Assembly (NCBI GenBank): GCA_038217285.1
Contig: JBBQPO010000212.1
Span: 1 to 10,843 of the forward strand
DNA length: 10,843 nucleotides
Reading direction: 5' to 3'
DNA from: Chthonomonadales bacterium
Lineage (GTDB): Bacteria; Armatimonadota; Chthonomonadetes; Chthonomonadales; Chthonomonadaceae
Made by a program: the position numbers and the translations under genes. Positions 1 to 7,250 of this stretch are shown here, one piece after another. The notes under the pieces are model-generated. The model did not search any database. It was not told where the DNA came from and saw only the letters and a program-made list of their open reading frames with translations. Within the stretch, counting starts at the first letter, position 1, and each line of letters starts with the position of its first letter.

Positions 1-995
1 TGGGCTTTGTCGTAGACTTCTTTCATGTGATCGGTGGTGACGTGGGTGTAGATCTGGGTCGTGACGAGGTGGGCGTGGCCGAGAAGCTCCTGGACAGCGC
101 GGAGGTCGGCCCCGTTATTGAGCAGATGCGTGGCGAAGGAGTGGCGCAGAGTGTGCGGGGTGGTTTTGAGGCGCTCGGAGGCGTCTCGGAAATATTTGTC
201 GAAGGTGCGGCGGATACCGCGGTCGGAGAGGCGTTTGCCGAACTTGTTGAGGAAGACGGCCGGGTCGGGCTTGGCGCTGGTGTTGTTGGCGGCGAGCACG
301 GGGCGGCCATGTCGCAGGTAGTCGCGCAGGGCATCGATGGAGGCGCGGCCCAGCATCGCGATCCGCTCCTTGTCGCCTTTGCCGTGGCGAACTCGCAGCT
401 CCTCTTCGTCCAGTTGGAGATCGGGAACGTCCAGGGCCTGCGCCTCCCCTGCCCGCAGGCCGGAGGCGTAGAGCAGTTCCATGAGGGCTTTGTCGCGCAG
501 CCCGTCGGGCGTGGCAGTGTCGGGGGCATTGAGCAGCAGCTCGACCTCCGGCAGACGCAGGAACTCCGGCAGCCGCTCCTCCTGCTTGATCGTCAGGATG
601 CCGACGGTGGGGTCGTTCTCGATATAGCCCTGTTTCTTGGCCCAGCGGCAGAAGGCGCGGAACGACGCGAGTTTGCGCGCCAGGGAGGAGCGTTTGTAGT
701 CGCCCTGCTGCATCTCCGTGAGCAGCGCACGGACATGCGCGCGGTCTACGCGAAACAGTCCGCCCGAGCCGAGATCCGGCTGCGATTCGATGTAGCCAAG
801 GAACTGCGTGACGTCGGCGCGGTAGGCGCGCACGGTGTGCACGGAGGCGTTGCGGGCCAGCTTTAGATACTGCAGGAAGCCGTCCAGCACCTCGTTGAAA
901 ACATGGCTCAGACCAGGTTCCGTCAGTGGCTTGTTCGGCTGGGAAGCCTCTTCCCCCCGTTCGTGCGCCTTCGGAACGTTGTTACGCTCGATCAT
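1..995 (-). CDS. xerC: Tyrosine recombinase XerC (Xer family), 3' end cut by the window edge
   Basis: Hand translation from ATG at 995 (SD-like GAGGGG just upstream) is open to position 1: [11 protein letters not shown]...[23 protein letters not shown]...[13 protein letters not shown]...[19 protein letters not shown]...[10 protein letters not shown]...[53 protein letters not shown]. The catalytic R-K-HxxR-H-Y set is present. The VYDKAH(P) C-terminus favours XerC over XerD, but that assignment is less certain than the family call. Confidence 0.9.
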   Translation of the reverse strand, partial: [331 protein letters not shown]

Positions 996-1027
996 ACGCC
1001 CCTCATTTCGCCGGTCAGGAGCCCGGT

Positions 1028-1456
1028 TCAGGCGGTCTGTTTGCGCGATTCGAGATAGGCCTGCTCGGCCGCAGCCAGATCGGCGGAGGTCGCGCGGGTG
1101 CCGGGGGGAATGGCAGGCGCCGTCGGGATCTTCAGGTCGTTGGCGTGTACCAGCAGCGTGTAGCGCAGCTTGAAATCCCGCTCTTTGTCGGTGAGACGGC
1201 TTTTGGCCTCTTCGGAGAGTCCGTCGAGCCATTTGGCCTTCATCGTCTCCTGCACATCGAGATGACGCGCCGCCACTGCTTCCGCCAGGCTCTCCTGCTC
1301 GATCTCGACTGCGATCTCCTGTGTGGAGTAGACCTTCTGCACGGTGCCGGTCAGCCCACGGAAATGATTGTAAAACAGCCCGGACTTGACATCGTCCGCG
1401 TTCGACTCGCGGTCTACGATCTGGACCCGCTCGCCCTCATTAAATGTTGTCGCCAT
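1028..1456 (-). CDS. Hypothetical protein, 142 aa, predicted SH3/KOW-like beta-barrel with a helical insertion
   Basis: Strong SD (AAGGAGAGG) upstream of the ATG and protein-like composition. The pattern FxxGxxVxI...FRGLTGTV...IAVEI...LLVHANDLK resembles SH3-barrel strands. Co-directional between holB and xerC. Confidence 0.8.
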   Translation of the reverse strand: MATTFNEGERVQIVDRESNADDVKSGLFYNHFRGLTGTVQKVYSTQEIAVEIEQESLAEAVAARHLDVQETMKAKWLDGLSEEAKSRLTDKERDFKLRYTLLVHANDLKIPTAPAIPPGTRATSADLAAAEQAYLESRKQTA

Positions 1457-1500
1457 TCTTCACCCTCTCCTTAACGTCAACTGCTGACAGATATTATACC
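1457..1500 (-). promoter_or_regulatory. Candidate sigma70-type -10 element (GGTATAAT) and SD for the hypothetical gene and xerC
   Basis: Minus strand reads TGA(holB stop)-GG-TATAAT(1498-1493)-atctgtcagcagttgacgtt-AAGGAGAGG-gtgaaga-ATG. Perfect -10 hexamer in an AT-rich gap, no recognisable -35. Confidence 0.55.
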
Positions 1501-2622
1501 TCATTGGACGAGCTTCATGGCGAGCACTTCGGTCACCAGCGCGATGTTGGCGTTGGCGTCGAGGCGGCGGCGCGCGAGGAGCAGCGCGTTGAGGCAGTCC
1601 ATCCAGCGCTCCGGTTCGCCTGCCTGGGCCAACTGGGTCAGGCGGCGCAGGCGGTCGGTATTGATGACCGCCTCCGGGCTGCCTCCGACCCGCAGGGTGA
1701 GCAGATCGCGGTAGAAGACGACGAGGAGGTCGAAGATGGAGGCAAGCTGCCGCCGCCCCGTCTTCTCCTTACCGGCAGGCGCGGCCTCGTCCTCCTCGCC
1801 GCCTGCCGTCTCCACGCCGGCGGCAGGCTCCTCTCCGAGCAGCGCTTTAATCTGGCCGGAGAGTTTGCGCATCTGCTCCGCGAGGCGCAGGGCGCGGACA
1901 CGGGGGGCCTGCGGCAGACCCTCCGCGAAGTCCAGCACCTTCGCGATCTCCTCCACGGCGTGCGGGCTGCGCGCCAACTGCACGGCCTGCCCGATCCGCC
2001 CCTCGGCATAGGCCGCCAGCATCGCACCGCGCTCCGGCTCGACACCGTGGCGCTCCTGGAGGTAGGTCGCCAGCTCCTGCCGCGTGGCCGCATTGACCCG
2101 AATCATCTGGCTGCGTGAGGCGATGGTGGGCAGAACGCGCGCGGCATGGGGGGCGAGCAGCACGAACAGCGCGTAGGGCGGCGGCTCTTCGAGCACCTTC
2201 AGCAGGCTGTTCGCGGCGGACTCGTTCAGTGTGTCGGCGCGTTCGAGGATATAGACCCGCTTCGCCCCGATGGACGGCGCGTACTGGAGGGTATGCGACA
2301 GGATGCCGCGCGTCGGGCGGTTGTCGCGATCCCAAAACTGCCAGATCTGCATCTGATCTCCGGCAGGCTGGACGGTGACGATCTCAGGCTGCGTTCCGGC
2401 CTCCATGCGCCGACACGACTCGCACTCCCCACACCCATCGAACGGCGCTGACCGCGGATTCGTGCAGGCGACCGCCTGCGCGAACGCCCGCGCCAGCGTC
2501 CCTTTGCCCACCCCCGGCGACCCCAGAAACAGATAGGCCCCCGGCAGCGTTCCGCCCTCCAGCGCCTTTCGGAGCGCGCTGAGAGCGGCTTCCTGTCCGA
2601 ATAGTGAGTCCAGAAGCGGCAT
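1501..2622 (-). CDS. holB: DNA polymerase III subunit delta' (clamp loader)
   Basis: GQE..., AYLFLGSPGVGKGT (P-loop), zinc module C...GCGECESC, AANSLLKVLEEPP, LPTIASRSQ (SRC-motif position), C-terminal NANIALVTEVL. 373 aa fits HolB rather than DnaX. Confidence 0.9.
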   Translation of the reverse strand: MPLLDSLFGQEAALSALRKALEGGTLPGAYLFLGSPGVGKGTLARAFAQAVACTNPRSAPFDGCGECESCRRMEAGTQPEIVTVQPAGDQMQIWQFWDRDNRPTRGILSHTLQYAPSIGAKRVYILERADTLNESAANSLLKVLEEPPPYALFVLLAPHAARVLPTIASRSQMIRVNAATRQELATYLQERHGVEPERGAMLAAYAEGRIGQAVQLARSPHAVEEIAKVLDFAEGLPQAPRVRALRLAEQMRKLSGQIKALLGEEPAAGVETAGGEEDEAAPAGKEKTGRRQLASIFDLLVVFYRDLLTLRVGGSPEAVINTDRLRRLTQLAQAGEPERWMDCLNALLLARRRLDANANIALVTEVLAMKLVQ

Positions 2623-2626
2623 AGAG

Positions 2627-5600
2627 CTATCTTCCTGTCACGCCGAAGAGGATCGGCGCGGCGTAGGGGTGATCGGTGCGAAACTCCAGGCCGACGATCT
2701 CCACCGTCGGGCGCGGGTTCTTCCAGCGGAGCAGACGCAGGTTCAGCGGTGCGGCGGCGCTTCCCCAGTGGACCGGATCGGTCGAGAGCGTGGCGGCCGA
2801 GGTGTCGTCGTCGAGCGCCCGGATCTCCTTGCCATAGCGGAGGGGGATCTCGAGGGTTCGACCGTCGGCGTAGTGCAGTACATACGTGCCGACCAGAGCA
2901 TGGTCTTCGGCGGCATAGGCCGTTGCATGCAGAAAAAAGAGCCACTGCGCGCGGGCATGGACAGGCAGCAGCACCGTATCGGGATAAGCGATCCGGGGGG
3001 CCTCCGGATGTGTTTCGTCCGGGCGCTCTCGATTCAGCAGGCCGCGCAGCATGATCCCTCCCGGACGGACGCCTGCCGTGCGGATACCGACATCCGCGAT
3101 CTGCGGCGCGGCGCGCTCCTCAAGAGGCCAGTCCCGCGCATCGGAACTGCGCTCGTTATGGGTTGGCACATAGGCCGTAAGGGGCAGCGCGCCGGTCCAG
3201 GTCTCGCTCAGACGAATGTTGGCGGCGTCACGCAGGCTCAGGTACCAGCCGGACTGCAGACGGGCGCTGCTCTGCGCTTCGCGATAGGCGTGATTGAAGA
3301 CCGTCATCGCATCGTAGGGCAGGGCGTCCGAGATTCGCCGTAAATCCAGCGTGTAGGAAGCCTGGGGAGCCTCCGGTTTCGGCGGCTCGTAGCCCCGATA
3401 GAAAGGCTTGCCGAACAGATCGTAAGGATGCCGTTCCGTGCCACTCCACGCATACTCGGCCGCGAGCACGTAGGCGAGGAACTGGCGATAGTCGTACCAC
3501 GATCCGAGCTGGTCTTCACTGCTGTCGAATCCGGCCCAGGTCGTCTGCAGTGTGCCGAGGGAGTTGTGAGCGATCGCCTGCTGCGCCCAGCCACGAATAT
3601 TCTCCGGCTGGAACCAGGGACAGGCCAGCGTCTCCTGCCCGCGCTGCCGAAAGAGCGCGAGGCCGTTGCGCTGCTCATCGCCGGGCGTATAGCGCCAGTC
3701 CGCGATGACGGCGTCCCGTGGTATGGCGTTGCGGCGTTTCACGGCCTCCGCGACGCTAGGCGCGTTGGCGGCGGTCATCACCGGAACGCCCGGTAGGGCA
3801 GGGCCTTCCGAATCGTGCAGCAGCATGTCGCTCCAGAGAATGGTGCGGACTCCGCGCCCCCGCAGCCAGTCGGTGAGGCGGTTGGTATCCTCGATAAACA
3901 GGGCGGACGCGCCCTTCTGAATGTTGGCGGGCCGGGCCGGATACTTGCCGAAATCGTGGTCCTGACTGGGCACCTTCACCTCATCGTGCCCGATATGGAA
4001 CAGGCGCGGATGGAAGATGTCGAGCGCCTCGCCGAACACGTCGAAAATAAACTTGTAGGTGTCGGGATTGCTCGCATCGTACGCGTGGGGCGAACTTACA
4101 TCCTCCACAAGATCCTGATGCTGATGATTTGCGAAGATCCATTCGCTATGGCCCAGAGAGTTGATGAGCGGGATCGGCTCGATAAAATGGTCGCGCGCCG
4201 AAGCCACATCGGCGCGCAGGTCTTCCACGCTCATCCCGTACGGAACCGCGACCTCCGGATGGGATTTCCAGCGCGTATACTCACACTCGAGCACCATGCG
4301 ATTGATCTTATAGCGGGAGAGAACGCGCTCGATCAGCCGCTGATGAAATGGCAGCGCCTCTCTGCCCACGAAAATGTGGATGCCGCGAAAGGGCAGACTC
4401 GGCCAGTCCGAGATACTCACCCCGGCGAAGGCGAACCGACCGCTCGCGCGGCGCTGCCGCAGTTGGCGCAGGGTCTGCAGGCCATAGAAGGCTCCTGCCG
4501 CATCCCGCCCGACGACCCGCACCTCCTCCGGCGTGACCGACAGTTCATAGCCCTCGGAAGGCAGGGTCGCGAGGGCTTCCACCCGGACCGAGACGCTGCG
4601 GCCTGCGGCTGGGCCTCTCTGAACGACGGCTCCGACACCCGTCTCCCGACCGGTATCCGCAGCAAAACGCACCATCTCCTGCCGCACCGGGGTGTACTCC
4701 GCACCTTGCGGCAGTTGGTCGCTGAGAACGAGGCGACCCGCCAGCGCGAAGTCCTCCGCCTCTCCGGCAGAAAACCGCACGACCTTCGGCTCCGGGATCA
4801 GGACAGGCCGATTCAGGGCGTCCAGCAGCGGCGGCAGCGGTCGGCCCGCATCCGGAATACGGACGGTCCGGGCCGGACGCTCCTTTGCCGGGGAGGCCGA
4901 AGCAACAGCCGCTGCTGCAGGCGGCGCGGAGAGGGTGAGGGTGAAACTTCGGACGGCTTCCTGACCCGGCGTCATCTCCGCGCCGAGCAGGCCCAGCCAG
5001 AACAGCTTCTCGTCGCGCAGATAGTCGTCCTCACGGCCGTCGAACAACACGCCCTCGGAAGGCTCTCCCGCGCCGACCTGCAGACTCAATGGTCCGAACG
5101 CCGTCGCCTGCAGCGCAAGCGACCGCCATAGCGGAGCGAGACTGTTGGTGGGATATTTCGAGGCGCGGGGCAGGGGACCGATGCGACCGGTCGTCTCCGG
5201 CGTCCCGGCGGCATGTTCCGCCCGATAGGTCGCTCCAACCAAGGGATAGCCCCAGAGCCGCGCCGCGTTCCACTCCAGAGCCGCGGGCTCCGGCCCGTCC
5301 CACCGGTAGCGCAGCGTAAAGGTCACGCTGTTGTCAGGCCGCACCTCGATACGCTGGGTGGCCGTGAACTTTTGCGCGTCCGCCGCATAGGTAAAGAGCG
5401 TTGTGTAGGCGCGCCCCCCGTCCGGCAGCGTCTCCATCGTCGGATGGGCGGCGGAGGAGCTGGAGCCATAGTAGCCCTTCGCATAGTCCCGCGAAAAGAC
5501 CTGCACCAACCCGCCGCGCACCAGCGGAACATGGTCGAAATCGAGATAAAGGCCATTTCGCAGATACCGCGCAGTCCAACGACCGATCCGGACGGGAACA

Positions 5601-5698
5601 GAAGCGTCTGGGGCCGTGGGAGCCGCCTGCGTCCAAGCGCTCACCTGTCCTAAGAGGCCAAACACCAGCAGAAGCAAGCAAGAAAACAGTCGTCTCAT
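2627..5698 (-). CDS. Secreted glycoside hydrolase family 20 (beta-N-acetylhexosaminidase-like, GcnA/HexD-type) with extra N- and C-terminal domains
   Basis: Signal peptide MRRLFSCLLLLVFGLLGQVSA. GH20 domain-2 motifs LIPEPK and EGYELSV...GAFYGLQTLRQL, then ISDWPSLPFRGIH, IPLINSLGHSEW, catalytic FHIGHDEV (3980-4000), ILWSDMLL, DWRY, QTTWAG and LAAEYAWS. Confidence 0.88.
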   Translation of the reverse strand: MRRLFSCLLLLVFGLLGQVSAWTQAAPTAPDASVPVRIGRWTARYLRNGLYLDFDHVPLVRGGLVQVFSRDYAKGYYGSSSSAAHPTMETLPDGGRAYTTLFTYAADAQKFTATQRIEVRPDNSVTFTLRYRWDGPEPAALEWNAARLWGYPLVGATYRAEHAAGTPETTGRIGPLPRASKYPTNSLAPLWRSLALQATAFGPLSLQVGAGEPSEGVLFDGREDDYLRDEKLFWLGLLGAEMTPGQEAVRSFTLTLSAPPAAAAVASASPAKERPARTVRIPDAGRPLPPLLDALNRPVLIPEPKVVRFSAGEAEDFALAGRLVLSDQLPQGAEYTPVRQEMVRFAADTGRETGVGAVVQRGPAAGRSVSVRVEALATLPSEGYELSVTPEEVRVVGRDAAGAFYGLQTLRQLRQRRASGRFAFAGVSISDWPSLPFRGIHIFVGREALPFHQRLIERVLSRYKINRMVLECEYTRWKSHPEVAVPYGMSVEDLRADVASARDHFIEPIPLINSLGHSEWIFANHQHQDLVEDVSSPHAYDASNPDTYKFIFDVFGEALDIFHPRLFHIGHDEVKVPSQDHDFGKYPARPANIQKGASALFIEDTNRLTDWLRGRGVRTILWSDMLLHDSEGPALPGVPVMTAANAPSVAEAVKRRNAIPRDAVIADWRYTPGDEQRNGLALFRQRGQETLACPWFQPENIRGWAQQAIAHNSLGTLQTTWAGFDSSEDQLGSWYDYRQFLAYVLAAEYAWSGTERHPYDLFGKPFYRGYEPPKPEAPQASYTLDLRRISDALPYDAMTVFNHAYREAQSSARLQSGWYLSLRDAANIRLSETWTGALPLTAYVPTHNERSSDARDWPLEERAAPQIADVGIRTAGVRPGGIMLRGLLNRERPDETHPEAPRIAYPDTVLLPVHARAQWLFFLHATAYAAEDHALVGTYVLHYADGRTLEIPLRYGKEIRALDDDTSAATLSTDPVHWGSAAAPLNLRLLRWKNPRPTVEIVGLEFRTDHPYAAPILFGVTGR

Positions 5699-5792
5699 GG
5701 TGCTCTCTTGTTCGTTCCATAGCGGCCTGATTCCTGCTGGACTCCATCACGCATCGTGAGATGCAAAAACTTAGATGCGCCTGCGACAAACC

Positions 5793-5820
5793 GTGATTTT
5801 TTGGCGGGGCGATGCGAATA
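5793..5820 (+). promoter_or_regulatory. Candidate ECF-dependent (autoregulatory) promoter: GTGATTTTTT ... GCGAATA
   Basis: Bipartite motif ending 72 nt upstream of the ECF sigma start. It resembles my recollection of the ECF22-group consensus (GTGATTT / CGAAT). ECF genes are commonly autoregulated. Not verified against a matrix. Confidence 0.45.
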
Positions 5821-5892
5821 ACAGTGTAGATCGACAACGCACGGGGCGACGACCGCCGCTCCGACACAGAGCGTTAGCCGCAAAGGACAACG

Positions 5893-6399
5893 ATGACCAA
5901 GCCAGAACTACAGGAGAGGTTCCAAACCCTGATCGAGGAACACAAGAAGATCCTCTACAAGGTCTGCAACGCGTACTGCAGGAACCGCGATGATCGGGAC
6001 GATCTGGCTCAGGAGATCGCGCTCCAACTCTGGAGATCGTTTGGCACGTTCGACGCGCGCGTTCGGTTTTCCACCTGGATGTATCGGATTGCCCTGAACG
6101 TCGCGATCTCCTTCTACCGCCGCGAAAGTACGCGGACACGGTCGCTGCTTCCGGCTGACATCTGTCTTCTGGAGGAGAGCGCGGCGACGGCCAGCCAGCC
6201 GGAAGAGATCCTGCTGCTCTACCAGTTTATCGAAGGGTTGGACCCACTGAACAAAGGGCTTATCCTCCTCTATCTGGACGGATACAGTTACCGGGAGATT
6301 GCAGACATGCTGGGCATCCGCGAAACCAATGTCGCTACAAAGATCAGTCGGTTGAAGCAGACGATGAAACAGAAGTTTGGCGAACCCACACAAGCTTGA
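5893..6399 (+). CDS. ECF-family RNA polymerase sigma-70 factor (possibly ECF22-like)
   Basis: Region 2: DDLAQEIALQLWRS...FSTWMYRIALNVAISFYRR. Region 4: LYLDGYSYREIADMLGIRETNVATKISRLK. 168 aa, with SD AAGGA upstream. Confidence 0.93.
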   Translation: MTKPELQERFQTLIEEHKKILYKVCNAYCRNRDDRDDLAQEIALQLWRSFGTFDARVRFSTWMYRIALNVAISFYRRESTRTRSLLPADICLLEESAATASQPEEILLLYQFIEGLDPLNKGLILLYLDGYSYREIADMLGIRETNVATKISRLKQTMKQKFGEPTQA

Positions 6400-6416
6400 A
6401 CGAGGAGAAAAAGAAA

Positions 6417-7085
6417 ATGGACCTGGATGAACTCAAAACAAAGTGGACGGAATATGATCGGAAGCTGGATGCGAGCCTGGAGCTTAATCGGCAGCTTCTG
6501 GGCGAGGCGCGCCTGAATAGGGCGAAGACGGCACTTCAACGGCTGACTCTCGGACTGGGTCTGGAGGCGGTTCTGACGTTTGTAGCCATCGCCGCCCTGG
6601 GCGACTTTCTCTACACAAATAGATCCCTGCCGCGATTTGCATTCCCTGCCGCCGCACTGGATCTCTGCGCTATCGTGATCTTCATCGCGCTGATACGGCA
6701 GATAACGCTCGCCATGCAGATCGATTACGGCAAGCCTATCGCCGTGATACAGAAGCAGATTGTAGAGTTGCAGAGGCTGCGCATTCGCTCCCTTCAGGGG
6801 ATATTTCTGGGAGCGACGCTGGCCTGGATACCTCTTCTGATCGTCGCGTTCAAGGGACTCTTCGGACTTGACACCTACCGCCTATTCGGCGCTGCCTGGC
6901 TGTCCGCCAACGTGCTGCTCGGGCTGGCGATCATCCCACTGGCGATCTGGATGTCGAAACGATTTGGGGACCGACTGGGCCGCTTTCCTCTGATGCAGCG
7001 GCTCAGGAATGACCTCATGGGGCCTAACCTGAACGCCGCAGTCGGTTTTCTCGCGATACTTTCAGAATTCGAGGACGTGAATTGA
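6417..7085 (+). CDS. Membrane protein with about 4 TM helices, putative anti-sigma factor
   Basis: ATG at 6417 is preferred over TTG at 6396 because SD GAGGAG lies at 6402-6407. Soluble helical N-terminus MDLDELKTKW..., then four hydrophobic segments. Lies directly downstream of the ECF sigma. Confidence 0.75.
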   Translation: MDLDELKTKWTEYDRKLDASLELNRQLLGEARLNRAKTALQRLTLGLGLEAVLTFVAIAALGDFLYTNRSLPRFAFPAAALDLCAIVIFIALIRQITLAMQIDYGKPIAVIQKQIVELQRLRIRSLQGIFLGATLAWIPLLIVAFKGLFGLDTYRLFGAAWLSANVLLGLAIIPLAIWMSKRFGDRLGRFPLMQRLRNDLMGPNLNAAVGFLAILSEFEDVN

Positions 7086-7150
7086 AAAACTCATCAGGGA
7101 ATACGTCCTTTGAGACAGGGGGGAAGCGGCAGAGGAGGACAGAAGAGAAG

Positions 7151-7158
7151 GGTATAAT
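7151..7158 (+). promoter_or_regulatory. Candidate -10 element GGTATAAT for the PEP-CTERM gene
   Basis: TATAAT at 7153-7158 in an AT-rich intergenic stretch, with SD AGGAG at 7241-7245. No clear -35. Confidence 0.5.
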
Positions 7159-7250
7159 GACATTGATATTTGTAAGTTATATGAGCACGGATGCGATGCT
7201 TGTACGTGGCGTGCTGCGCTCATAGCGATATTTTCTAGTCAGGAGAATAT

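Noticed and set aside
27..866. 279-aa plus-strand ORF (and the 168-aa minus ORF 23..529)
   Set aside because: Antisense and out-of-frame shadows of xerC. The motif-bearing frame is the minus frame starting at 995.
1..995. Recombinase as the integrase of a prophage or genomic island
   Set aside because: The sequence is Xer-like, sits among core genes, and no att repeats, tRNA or phage genes are visible.
3815..5131. 438-aa plus-strand ORF and other long antisense or alternative-frame ORFs over GH20, holB and the cyclase gene
   Set aside because: Expected in high-GC DNA. They have no motifs and fully overlap well-supported genes.
5751..5769. GCATC-GTGA-GATGC-AAAAA as an intrinsic terminator
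   Set aside because: Only a 5-bp stem, the A/T tract is on the wrong side for either strand, and it lies between divergent genes.
7085..7114. Hairpin CTCA-tc-AGGGA-atacg-TCCTT-TGAG after the anti-sigma gene as a terminator
   Set aside because: Weak bulged stem with no downstream U-tract on the plus strand.
7112..7152. Purine-rich tract upstream of the -10 element as a G-quadruplex or functional element
   Set aside because: Lacks four G3 runs and has no other support.
7150..7185. Possible dif site in the AT-rich intergenic DNA (1470-1500 also checked)
   Set aside because: No ATAA-N6-TTATG dyad and no TTATGTTAAAT-like XerD arm.
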